Made by a program: the position numbers and the translations under genes
Assembly: GCA_964384485.1 (NCBI GenBank)
Contig: CAYLLE010000003.1
Span: 9,125-73,124, forward strand
DNA length: 64,000 nucleotides
Direction of reading: 5' to 3'
Source of the DNA: an uncultured Spirochaetales bacterium
GTDB taxonomy: Bacteria; Spirochaetota; Spirochaetia; CAYLLE01
Notes under the pieces: model-generated
What the model was told of the DNA's origin: nothing
What the model saw: the letters and a program-made list of their open reading frames with translations, nothing else
Database searches by the model: none
Shown: piece after piece, positions 8,830 to 17,507 of the stretch
How positions within the stretch are numbered: the first letter of the stretch is position 1
How the letters are laid out: every line of letters begins with the position of its first letter

Positions 8830-10837
8830 ACAGATCCATCTGGATTTTCACACATCGGAGCATATCGAGAATGTCGGTTCAGATTTTGATCCCGATCAGT
8901 TCGCCGGCACTCTTGAGGAGGGAAACGTTGATTCGGTGACACTCTTCGCCAGGGGACACCACGGCTGGGCGTACTACCCGAGCAAGATAGCGGCACCGCA
9001 TCCGAACTTAAAACGTCCCGACTTACTCGGGGACATGATCGAAGCGTGCAGGAAACGGGACATAAATACACCGGTCTACATCACCGTACAATGGGACGAA
9101 CGGACCGCCCGGGAGCATCCGGAGTGGCGGGTCATTAAGGCGGAAGGGAAACGGGGTACCGAAGACATGGACCAATTCCAGGCTGTTTGGCACACCATCT
9201 GCCTGAATAACCCGGAATATCTTGACTACATATCCGCGCAGGCACTGGAAATTATGGATTTATACAATCCCTCAGGATTTTTCTTTGACATCCTAACTCC
9301 CTGGCAGTGTGTTTGTCCCAAGTGTCTTCAATCCATGAACGAAAAAGGTCTAGATCCTGAAAAGCGTCAGGATCGGCTTATGAACGACAGGGACATAATC
9401 ATGAACTACTACCGCCGGATTACCGGAGCGGTTTGGGATAAAGATTCCGATATGCGGGTCTTTCACAACAGCGGTCACGTCTACCGGGGTGAACGGGACC
9501 GGTGGGAATTTTTCAGCCATTTGGAACTGGAATCCCTGCCCACCGGCGGATGGGGGTACAGTCATTTCCCCATTTCCGCCCGTTATACAGCCACCCTGGG
9601 TATGGAATTCCTTGGAATGACGGGGAAGTTCCACCGAAGCTGGGGTGAGTTCGGCGGGTTCAAGACTCCGGCTGCCTTGGAGTTCGAATGCGCCCTGATG
9701 TCCGCCATGGGAGCGAGGTGCAGCATCGGCGACCAGCTCCATCCTTCCGGCTGGATGGACCCTGAAACATACCGGATCATAAAACCCGCATATGAAAGAG
9801 TAGAGAAACTTGAGGAACATATAAAAGGTGCCGTGAACGAATCGGAAATCGGACTGATATCATCGGAAGCACACGGTACCTATTTCGGTAATTATTATCA
9901 GGACCGGAACAACCGTCATGATGAAGGCGCGGTGCGGATGCTCCTGGAAACCCAGACCATGTTCGATATTCTCGACATGGAAGCCGATTTTTCCCGGTAC
10001 CGGCTGCTCATCCTCCCCGACACGGTTACACTGGACGAGACCCTGACGGCAAAGTTTCAAGCCTACCTCGATAACGGGGGCAGGCTGATTTTATCCGGAG
10101 CATCCGGGATGAATACGGAATGTTCCGCCTTTACCCTAGATACCGGTGGGGAAGTAAAAAACGAAAACGGCACCTCCCGGTCGCCCTACTCACCGGATTA
10201 CCTTTATCTTGGAAGCCAGGCAAAAACGTTCGATCCCGGGCTCCTTTCATCTCCCTTCGTTATCTACGATCCGGCATATACGGTAAAGGCGGCGGACGGT
10301 GAAGTTATCGGACGCACCCGGCTGCCCTACTTCAACCGCTCCTGGAAACATTTTTGTTCCCATGCCCACGCGCCGTTCCGGACGGAGGATAACAGCATGT
10401 ACGACGGGATCATCGCTAAGGGCAGCATCATCTATTTCTCCCATCCTGTTTTCCTTTCCTATTTCCGGACCGGACAGCCTCTTTTGAAATATCTCTTCCG
10501 GGGAGCGTTAAACAGACTGCTCCCGGATAGGCAGGTAACGGTTGAAACTCCGTCTTCGGGTATCATCAGTTTAACCCGGAAAAAAAATAAGCTCCAGCTG
10601 CACCTTCTTTACGGTAAACCTGAGTACCGGGGCAGGGAGCATGGGGTGGAAGTACTCGAAGATACCGTTCCGTTAAAGGACGTAAAGTGCAGCATCAGAA
10701 GCGGCACGGCCCCGCGGAATATACGCGGGGTAATGCTCGAACAGGATATCCCGTTTGAATATAACAAAGGCAGGATCGATTTCACCGTTCCGGAAGTGAA
10801 AATTCACGAGCTCATAACGCTGGATTTCGGAGAGTAA
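8807..10837 (+). CDS. Putative glycoside hydrolase-like protein (GHL6 / GH42-trimerisation-domain type); family assignment tentative
   Basis: 676-aa ORF with RBS GGAGGAAGG. N-terminus RYRQIHLDFHTSEHI..VTLFARGHHGWAYYPS recalls the hypothetical-glycosidase TIM-barrel families. Confidence 0.5.
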   Translation: MKSELRYRQIHLDFHTSEHIENVGSDFDPDQFAGTLEEGNVDSVTLFARGHHGWAYYPSKIAAPHPNLKRPDLLGDMIEACRKRDINTPVYITVQWDERTAREHPEWRVIKAEGKRGTEDMDQFQAVWHTICLNNPEYLDYISAQALEIMDLYNPSGFFFDILTPWQCVCPKCLQSMNEKGLDPEKRQDRLMNDRDIIMNYYRRITGAVWDKDSDMRVFHNSGHVYRGERDRWEFFSHLELESLPTGGWGYSHFPISARYTATLGMEFLGMTGKFHRSWGEFGGFKTPAALEFECALMSAMGARCSIGDQLHPSGWMDPETYRIIKPAYERVEKLEEHIKGAVNESEIGLISSEAHGTYFGNYYQDRNNRHDEGAVRMLLETQTMFDILDMEADFSRYRLLILPDTVTLDETLTAKFQAYLDNGGRLILSGASGMNTECSAFTLDTGGEVKNENGTSRSPYSPDYLYLGSQAKTFDPGLLSSPFVIYDPAYTVKAADGEVIGRTRLPYFNRSWKHFCSHAHAPFRTEDNSMYDGIIAKGSIIYFSHPVFLSYFRTGQPLLKYLFRGALNRLLPDRQVTVETPSSGIISLTRKKNKLQLHLLYGKPEYRGREHGVEVLEDTVPLKDVKCSIRSGTAPRNIRGVMLEQDIPFEYNKGRIDFTVPEVKIHELITLDFGE

Positions 10838-11271
10838 TCGAGAGAAAGCCGGCTTTTCCGATACGCAGCAATCAGTTCCCGGTGGGTCTGAGCCCTGATA
10901 ATCTTTGTCAGGAGAATCTCTTCGTCCACCGGTTTTTTTACTAAATCAAAAATTATTCCTTCCCGGACATGTTTGATCACATTTCCGGTGCCGCCGGTAT
11001 GAACCGATATTACAAGAGGATCAGCGGCCGGATCGCTGCGCTTCAGCTGGTAAACCCAATCAAGATCGTCTTCCCACGAGTAAAAATCATATAAAAGCAG
11101 AGCAGGTGCTTTACGGGTAACAATCCGTTTTACCCCTCCCAGAGAGGAACACCGCAGCACCTCTTCTATTCCGAGAATTTTTAGCGTGGCATAGAGGCTG
11201 AACATGTACGCGTCATCGTCACCGGCAAGGAGAATAGACATTTTTTTGTGTCTGTCATTTTTTTTCAGCAA
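10804..11271 (-). CDS. Stand-alone receiver (CheY-like) domain protein
   Basis: ILLAGDDD, LLLYDF (putative acceptor Asp), VISVHT, LVKKP. The ORF-track start is TTG at 11271; the ATG at 11241 (MSILLAGDDD) is the more likely start. Last gene of the Che-like operon. Confidence 0.65.
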   Translation of the reverse strand: MLKKNDRHKKMSILLAGDDDAYMFSLYATLKILGIEEVLRCSSLGGVKRIVTRKAPALLLYDFYSWEDDLDWVYQLKRSDPAADPLVISVHTGGTGNVIKHVREGIIFDLVKKPVDEEILLTKIIRAQTHRELIAAYRKSRLSLDYSPKSSVMSS

Positions 11272-12649
11272 TGCCCACTGCCTCCCGGTACGGGTACTTT
11301 TTCTTTGATACTTCCGACAATATCCTGACAGCTTCGGGACAGAACTGAGAACCCGCGGCTTTTTCTATGACCTTCATGGCGTCTCCGTGTTTCTTCCCCC
11401 TGCGGTAAGGCCGGTCGCTTGTTAAGGCATCATACGCGTCGGCTACGGAGAGGAGGCGGGAGCAGAACGGTATGTCCTCTCCCCCAATACCGTCGGGATA
11501 TCCCTTGCCGTCAAACCGCTCATGATGATGACGGATTATATTCGCGGAATTCCTTAGACTCGGTACGGAGGAAATTATCTTTTCACCGAGAAGCGGATGT
11601 TTCTTGATCTCCTCAAACTCTTCATCAGAAAGGGGACCGGCTTTGAGCAGTATCTGATCGGGAATTCCGATCTTTCCGATATCGTGGAGTTCACCGCTTA
11701 TCCGATACAGATCAATTTCTTTACGGTCCAAGCCCAGGTAATCCCCGAATGAAACCATAATGGCGGAAACATTCCGGGAGTGACCCCGGGTGTACGGATC
11801 TTTCGCTTCCAACGCGGAGACCAGGCTCGCGATAATCCCGATAAAGGTGCGCTGTTCTTTCGTCAGCATTTCCCGTTCTTTCAGCAGAATAAGATAGTTG
11901 TCCGAAAGTATCCGTTCGATCATGCTCACTAGGTAATCACCGTCAAAGGGCTTCAGGATGTAGCCGGCACATCCCAGATTTATCATCCGTTTCATTCTTC
12001 CATGGCCGAAGGTACCGCTCATGACTATAAACGGAACAGTCCGCAGCTTGTCTTTTTTTAGTACCTCCCGGTAGAATCTCAGTCCGTCCATATTCGGCAT
12101 TTCAATATCGCTCAGAATCAAATGGACTTTATTGATGTCCAGGACCATAAGGGCTTCGAGACCGTCGGAGGCAGTAATAACCTGGAAACCGGCCGCGCCG
12201 AGGATTCGGAAAATAAGCTGCCGGGCCGGTTTGGAATCATCCACCACCAGGACCGTCTGTCCCCGCTTGAAGTGGTAATTCTGAAGCAGTTCCAGCACCT
12301 GTTCGGTAAGCCGGCTGCGGACCTCCTTCCGGGGAATATAGGCGGACGCTCCCTCCGCGAAAACAGCGTCAATTTCCTCTTCCCGATCAAAGTCCGAAAT
12401 AATGATAAGAGGCGTACCGGGGTTCAATGACGATTCCCGGAGACGACGGCAGACTCCCTCTATATCTTTGTCCCTGTCCTGATCCAGAATAAAGAGGGAA
12501 TACCTTTCCGCTCCCGCGGCTTTTACGGCATCGGCAGGAACGTGATGCAATGTCAACGAAGCTTTTACAGGAGCTAGGAAGGCAGCATACTTACTGCACC
12601 GGTCCTTATCCGGGGTCACCATCAGAATACTCACCGGTTCCCGGCTCAT
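11255..12649 (-). CDS. Response regulator with two receiver domains and an HD-GYP c-di-GMP phosphodiesterase domain
   Basis: REC1 (LFILDQD), REC2 (VLVVDDS..ILSDIEMPNMDG..ILKP). HD-GYP motifs: GHSRNV, ELHDIGKIGIP, HHERFDGKGYPDG. Overlaps the cheA stop by 4 nt. Confidence 0.9.
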   Translation of the reverse strand: MSREPVSILMVTPDKDRCSKYAAFLAPVKASLTLHHVPADAVKAAGAERYSLFILDQDRDKDIEGVCRRLRESSLNPGTPLIIISDFDREEEIDAVFAEGASAYIPRKEVRSRLTEQVLELLQNYHFKRGQTVLVVDDSKPARQLIFRILGAAGFQVITASDGLEALMVLDINKVHLILSDIEMPNMDGLRFYREVLKKDKLRTVPFIVMSGTFGHGRMKRMINLGCAGYILKPFDGDYLVSMIERILSDNYLILLKEREMLTKEQRTFIGIIASLVSALEAKDPYTRGHSRNVSAIMVSFGDYLGLDRKEIDLYRISGELHDIGKIGIPDQILLKAGPLSDEEFEEIKKHPLLGEKIISSVPSLRNSANIIRHHHERFDGKGYPDGIGGEDIPFCSRLLSVADAYDALTSDRPYRRGKKHGDAMKVIEKAAGSQFCPEAVRILSEVSKKKYPYREAVGIAEKK

Positions 12650-14742
12650 GACACCTCCATCGCGTATTCCAGCCCTTCTCCAATCTTATTGACGTCCAGG
12701 ATCAACGCCACCGAACCATCTCCGAGAATAGTCGATCCCGAAAACTCAGGTACCGACTGGAATCCTGAATCCATGGACTTGATGACGGTCTGATATTGTC
12801 CGACAATCTCATCAACCACAAAAACCATCCGTTTATCCCGGGAGATAATGACAACTGCGTTCTGCAGCTTCGGGTGATGCCCCGGAATCTCCAGTAATTT
12901 TCGCAGATTGATATACGGAACCGGATCACCGTGCAGGGAGGCTACGGTTGTAAGTTCTCCGGGTTTGGGTATCTGTTCCCGGTGGATAAAGCATTCGTCC
13001 ACGGATTGAAGATTGATAACATACTTTTCATTCCCCAGCCGAATCAGAAGACAGTCGATTATGGCCAGGGTAAGGGGTATCCTCAAAGTAAAAACCGTTC
13101 CCTTTCCTTCCTCGGATTCTACAGAAACTGAAGCAGAGATCGATTCGAGATTCCGTTTGACCACATCTAGCCCCACCCCTCGGCCGGAAATGGAAGTGGT
13201 TTTTTCCGCGGTGGAAAATCCGGGAGCGAAGATCAGCGCTCGGATCTGGTCGTCCGAGAGAACTTCGTGTTCCGTAACGATACCTTTTTCGACAGCCCTT
13301 CTGCGGATGCTTTCTTTCACCAGTCCCTTACCGTCATCAGAGACAGTAATCAGGACCGACGCTCCTTCGTACTTTGCCCCGATACTGACCTTGCCCTTCT
13401 CGGGTTTCCCGTTTTTCTTTCTCGTTTCAGGATCTTCCAACCCGTGGTCGATGCTGTTCCGTATAATATGAACCAGAGGATCCTGCAGCATCTCGATAAC
13501 GTTTTTATCGAGTTCTGTATCGGCCCCGGTTATTCCCAGGTCCACAGGCTTTTTAAGTTCGTTCGAAAGGTCCCGGACCAGCCGGTTATACCCGTTAAAA
13601 AGCTCAGTCAGGGGAACCAGACGGATATTCATGGCGCTTTCCCGCATCCTCACGGTGAGCATCTCCAGGTTTTCCCCGATATTGCTCAATTCCGCGTCTT
13701 CGGCGCTGGTAATCTTCTGACTCAGCCTTGTCTGGACAGTCACCAGCTCTCCCACCAGATTAACCAGTTCATCGAGCTTTTCGTTTCTCACTCTGATGGT
13801 TGAGGCGGATTTTGCTTTCTTCCTTCGGTTTTCCCGGATGTAATTCTGCTCCTCCAGGGCGGACTCCAGCTCCTCTCCTGATATCAAGCCCTCTTCCACC
13901 GCGATACCGCCGAGCAGTTTCTTTTCATCCAGGAGTTTATTCAGATCCCCCGCGGTAATGTCGCCCCGGTCGAGAAGAATCTCCCCGATTCTTTTGTAAT
14001 CCTCCCCGGTATTAATACGCTCCTTATCATCAATAATATCGATATTTATAAAAGATTGATCCTCAACAAAAATAAAGACATCTTTTACCGCGTTTATTCC
14101 GGCAGAAGTAGTTAGGATAACCGTCCATTTTACGTAACAGCTGTCGGCAGATATTTGATCCAGGGGCGGTACCTCCAGGGTCTGTGCCGCGCAGAGCATT
14201 TCTCCGAGACCGCTCAGCTCCTCCAGAATCATGGACGGACGGCCCCCCCGGGAAAAGATATCCATAGAGGGTTTAAATGTAATTCGGTAAGTAACTTCCG
14301 AGTCTGCCTGCTCAGACTCGCCGGGAGATTGCTCAGAACCTTCCGGCGGTTTCTTTTCACCTTGAGAGAGAAAGAAAGAAATTTGTTCTTTCAGGGATTC
14401 ATCCGGCTCCGGCTCGCAGCCGTCCTCCCGGAGACAAGTTATAAGCCCTAAAATATGATCTCTCGCCTTTAGTGTAAGGTCTATCAATTGGCGGGTGACC
14501 GGCAGCTCTCCCAGCCGGATGAGATCAAAAAGATTCTCGAACTCATGAGTAAATGCTGATATCTGGGAAAAACCAAACATGCCGGCGGAACCCTTTATCG
14601 TGTGCAGATTCCGGAAGACATTGTTCACCAACTCCATGTTCTCGGAATCGCCTTCCAGCTCCACCAGCATCGATTCGATATTGTCCAGCATCTCCATGGA
14701 TTCTTCAAAAAATAGTTCAATTCCTTTTTCACTTTGCAGCAT
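12646..14742 (-). CDS. cheA: Chemotaxis-type histidine kinase CheA with an inserted MshEN/T2SSE_N-like segment
   Basis: Hpt HTIKGSAGMFGF, dimerisation region, HATPase (HIIRNSIDHGLE, DDGKGL, GRGVGLDVV), C-terminal CheW-like domain. Insertion at aa 251..299: RIGEILLDRGDITAGDLNKLLDEK / LLGGIAVEEGLISGEELESALEEQ. Confidence 0.9.
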   Translation of the reverse strand: MLQSEKGIELFFEESMEMLDNIESMLVELEGDSENMELVNNVFRNLHTIKGSAGMFGFSQISAFTHEFENLFDLIRLGELPVTRQLIDLTLKARDHILGLITCLREDGCEPEPDESLKEQISFFLSQGEKKPPEGSEQSPGESEQADSEVTYRITFKPSMDIFSRGGRPSMILEELSGLGEMLCAAQTLEVPPLDQISADSCYVKWTVILTTSAGINAVKDVFIFVEDQSFINIDIIDDKERINTGEDYKRIGEILLDRGDITAGDLNKLLDEKKLLGGIAVEEGLISGEELESALEEQNYIRENRRKKAKSASTIRVRNEKLDELVNLVGELVTVQTRLSQKITSAEDAELSNIGENLEMLTVRMRESAMNIRLVPLTELFNGYNRLVRDLSNELKKPVDLGITGADTELDKNVIEMLQDPLVHIIRNSIDHGLEDPETRKKNGKPEKGKVSIGAKYEGASVLITVSDDGKGLVKESIRRRAVEKGIVTEHEVLSDDQIRALIFAPGFSTAEKTTSISGRGVGLDVVKRNLESISASVSVESEEGKGTVFTLRIPLTLAIIDCLLIRLGNEKYVINLQSVDECFIHREQIPKPGELTTVASLHGDPVPYINLRKLLEIPGHHPKLQNAVVIISRDKRMVFVVDEIVGQYQTVIKSMDSGFQSVPEFSGSTILGDGSVALILDVNKIGEGLEYAMEVS

Positions 14743-14745
14743 ACA

Positions 14746-15087
14746 TCAACTCCAGACTTCATTTTTCACCGATTCGGCGAAGTCGGTCCGGGCATGTTTA
14801 AAAAAACCGGTCAGCTGAATCATCCGCCGCAGCTCCCCGGATATTTCTCCGTTTAACAGGAGCGCTTTGCTTCTGTTTTCCGCGTATTTATCAGCACTGC
14901 ATAAAAGCTGAAGAAAGGAGGAATCAGCCTGCTTGACCCCGGAAAGATCAAGCAGGAATGTTTTCCCTCCGGCCAGTATTTTTAAAAACACAGCCCGCAG
15001 TTTTTCAATCCGGTCTACCGTCATGGCCCCCTGGAAAACAACCGCGATACTATTTCCGGATTTTCTGCAGCTAATTCTGTTCTTCAT
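14746..15087 (-). CDS. STAS-domain protein (anti-sigma-factor-antagonist fold)
   Basis: 113 aa. FLLDLSGVKQADSSFLQLL resembles the SpoIIAA/RsbV core. Lies between the MCP and cheA with 4-nt gaps. Confidence 0.75.
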   Translation of the reverse strand: MKNRISCRKSGNSIAVVFQGAMTVDRIEKLRAVFLKILAGGKTFLLDLSGVKQADSSFLQLLCSADKYAENRSKALLLNGEISGELRRMIQLTGFFKHARTDFAESVKNEVWS

Positions 15088-15091
15088 AATC

Positions 15092-17242
15092 TTAATACTC
15101 TTCGTAATCCTTATCGCTTATGTCTTTTGATCCCCGGTTGTTCTCATCGATAATGCCGGAAAGTTTTATTCCGGTTACCTGTTTTTCCTGCCTCTGATTT
15201 TTGACTGCTTCCCCTTTTACCGTGTTATTGCCGTTTCCATTCCCGCTTCCGCTGCTGTTACCATTACCGTTACCATTGCCGTTTCCGGTGTTGGGAGATG
15301 TCTGTTTAACTTCGATTTTCTGCTGTTTCGGTTTATCCAGGGATTTGATTTTTTCCTGTCCCGGCTGACCAGCGTAGTCCTGACCGACTTGGAAGAACGA
15401 TACAACAGACCGGAGATGTTCCGCCTGACCAGCCAGTTCTTCCGATGTCGCCGCCATCTCTTCGGATTGGGAAGACTGCTCTTCCGAAGTTGCCGCGACC
15501 TCTTCCGAAGATGCCGCGTTCTGCTGGATAATCGAATCCAGATCGTTCATTGCCTTATTTATCTGTTCGGCTCCGCTGTTCTGCTCCCTGCTCGCGGCGC
15601 TGATATCCTGGACGAGTTCAGCCGTTTTCTTAATATCCGGTACTATTTGCGTCAAAAGTTCTCCGGCCCGTTCCGCCACCGCTACGCTGTTGGTAGAAAG
15701 TTCGCTTATTTCTCCAGCCGCCTTCTGACTGCTCTCGGCCAGTTTCCGGACCTGGGCGGCAACCACGGCGAATCCTTTTCCGTGCTCACCGGCCCTGGCC
15801 GCTTCGATCGCGGCGTTCAGGGACAGCATGTTTGTCTCCCGGGCGATATCTTCGATGATGGTTATTTTTTCCGCTATCTTTTTCATGGCTGCAACAGTAT
15901 CGGTAACCGCCTGCCCCCCGTCTTCCGCGTCTTTAGCAGCCTTCAGGGATATCTTCTCGGTAACCGACGCGTTATCCGCGTTCTGCTTGATGTTAGCGGC
16001 CATCTCCTCCATGGAGGATGATACCTGTTCCACTGCCGAAGCCTGCTCCGTTGCGCCCTCAGACATCTTTTGAGCGGTGCCGGACATCTCTTCGGAACCC
16101 ACCGATACCTGCTGGGCCGCCTGGCTCATCTGCTGGCTTCCCACCGATACATTGGTGGAGGCTATCTGCACCTCCCGTATAACCCCGGCAATTTTCTCCG
16201 TCATATTGTTGAGGGAATTGGCCAAATCGGTAATCTCATCACCGCCGTACACATCCACGGTGGAATCAAAATGTCCTTCCCCCATTTTTGTGGCATGATT
16301 TATAACCAGTTTTGTCCGTCTGATGATAGTCCGGACAATGAGGAAGATAATGATACCGACCACAATGACGATTGCCGCGGTAGTTATTATTCCAACAAGC
16401 TGGATTTTGTTCACGTCGGAGAATACATCGGACAGGTCAGCACCTACAGCAATTATCCATCCGGTAACATCGGTCCCGGATATGGAAACGATCTTCTGTT
16501 CACCTTCCCAGGGATAAAAAACCATTCCGTTCTTTTTCTGGATCATCTCCTGACCCCAGTCATGGATAGATATGTCTAGAGACAGAATATTGTTCTTGTC
16601 CGGATGAGCTAGAATCACACCATCGGAATTCATCATATACGCGTATCCTCTGGTTCCAACCTTAATCGGTGAGATAAATTCATCCGAAAAACCAAAAAGG
16701 GGAATTGTTGCCAGAAAAACTCCGGTGGTTTTCCGGTCGACCTTTACCGGACTGGCGATCACAAAAATAGGATTCCCTGTTACTTTATGAAGCATCACAT
16801 CACTTATTACTGTTTCCCCACGAATAGCTTTCTGGAAATAATCCCTTTCACCTACATCAACCGTTCCAACATCAGTGGGATCATTAGAAGCCACCAACAT
16901 TCCGGTATTGTCGGCAACATGCATCGTTTCATATTGCTTATACCTGGATAACAGATACATGATCCGGTCATTCGCCCGTTCAGTTACCTCCCCGCCCGGA
17001 GCCGTAAAGAGGGACGTAAACTCATCATCTTCAGACCACACTTCTATATCATTGCGGTTCCGTACCAGGTACTCGTCGAGCTGCCGGACCGCGGTATCGG
17101 ATAACTGTTCCAGTTCGTGAATTGTCGCGCTTCTAATCGATTGCTGGGCTATAACAATGGATATAACCGCAAGCAGAACCATACCTGCTAATACTAAAAG
17201 CAGAGTTGGAATCAAAAACTTATTTTGAAGATTAAACTTCAT
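15092..17242 (-). CDS. Methyl-accepting chemotaxis protein (TM, dCache-like periplasmic domain, TM, HAMP, MA domain) with an Asn/Gly-repeat tail
   Basis: Signalling hairpin [45 protein letters not shown]-terminal [23 protein letters not shown], ending in DYEEY. Confidence 0.9.
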   Translation of the reverse strand: MKFNLQNKFLIPTLLLVLAGMVLLAVISIVIAQQSIRSATIHELEQLSDTAVRQLDEYLVRNRNDIEVWSEDDEFTSLFTAPGGEVTERANDRIMYLLSRYKQYETMHVADNTGMLVASNDPTDVGTVDVGERDYFQKAIRGETVISDVMLHKVTGNPIFVIASPVKVDRKTTGVFLATIPLFGFSDEFISPIKVGTRGYAYMMNSDGVILAHPDKNNILSLDISIHDWGQEMIQKKNGMVFYPWEGEQKIVSISGTDVTGWIIAVGADLSDVFSDVNKIQLVGIITTAAIVIVVGIIIFLIVRTIIRRTKLVINHATKMGEGHFDSTVDVYGGDEITDLANSLNNMTEKIAGVIREVQIASTNVSVGSQQMSQAAQQVSVGSEEMSGTAQKMSEGATEQASAVEQVSSSMEEMAANIKQNADNASVTEKISLKAAKDAEDGGQAVTDTVAAMKKIAEKITIIEDIARETNMLSLNAAIEAARAGEHGKGFAVVAAQVRKLAESSQKAAGEISELSTNSVAVAERAGELLTQIVPDIKKTAELVQDISAASREQNSGAEQINKAMNDLDSIIQQNAASSEEVAATSEEQSSQSEEMAATSEELAGQAEHLRSVVSFFQVGQDYAGQPGQEKIKSLDKPKQQKIEVKQTSPNTGNGNGNGNGNSSGSGNGNGNNTVKGEAVKNQRQEKQVTGIKLSGIIDENNRGSKDISDKDYEEY

Positions 17243-17291
17243 TTTCTTTCCTCCTGAAATAACCCGGGGGTTTTTAATTTCGTCTACCTAT

Positions 17292-17308
17292 ATCAAAAAC
17301 CGTGCCAA
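17292..17308 (-). promoter_or_regulatory. Candidate sigma-54 (-24/-12) promoter for the MCP-cheA operon
   Basis: Minus strand reads TTGGCACGGTTTTTGAT, compared with the consensus TGGCAC-N5-TTGC (the -12 GC is GA here). It lies about 50 nt upstream of the MCP start, directly downstream of an NtrC-type activator gene. Confidence 0.4.
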
Positions 17309-17507
17309 TTATTTTTACGGTATAATTGTTTTCAATAAAGGGAATTAAAGAGATTCAGAAAATCTATATAGGGATTCGAAGGTGTAAACTCTTTTAGCCG
17401 GAATCAGTACCGTAAAACGTTCGGCAGGAATAATTCCTTTGAGCATAAACAGTTATGATGCTGTAAAGAAAAATTTACATGGAAAGAAATGTGTCGCCCG
17501 GAAAATG

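Noticed and set aside
10804-10837. 34-nt convergent overlap of the glycosidase-like gene and the REC gene. Similar convergent overlaps occur at 33749..33760, 42902..42921 and 59456..59475.
   Set aside because: Short convergent 3' overlaps are common in compact genomes, and no structure or motif is evident in them.
13013-13803. Plus-strand ORFs of 152 and 178 aa inside cheA. The same applies to 15389..16579 inside the MCP gene, and to 17693..18626 and 19826..20269 inside the regulator and kinase genes.
   Set aside because: They are antisense shadow ORFs within genes that have strong domain evidence. Their composition is low-complexity and Arg/Ser/Pro-rich, and they lack RBS sequences.
15224-15292. 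The short tandem DNA repeat was considered as a CRISPR or VNTR locus.
   Set aside because: It lies in frame inside the MCP gene and encodes the Asn/Gly linker. There is no repeat-spacer architecture. No CRISPR-like array is visible anywhere in the window.
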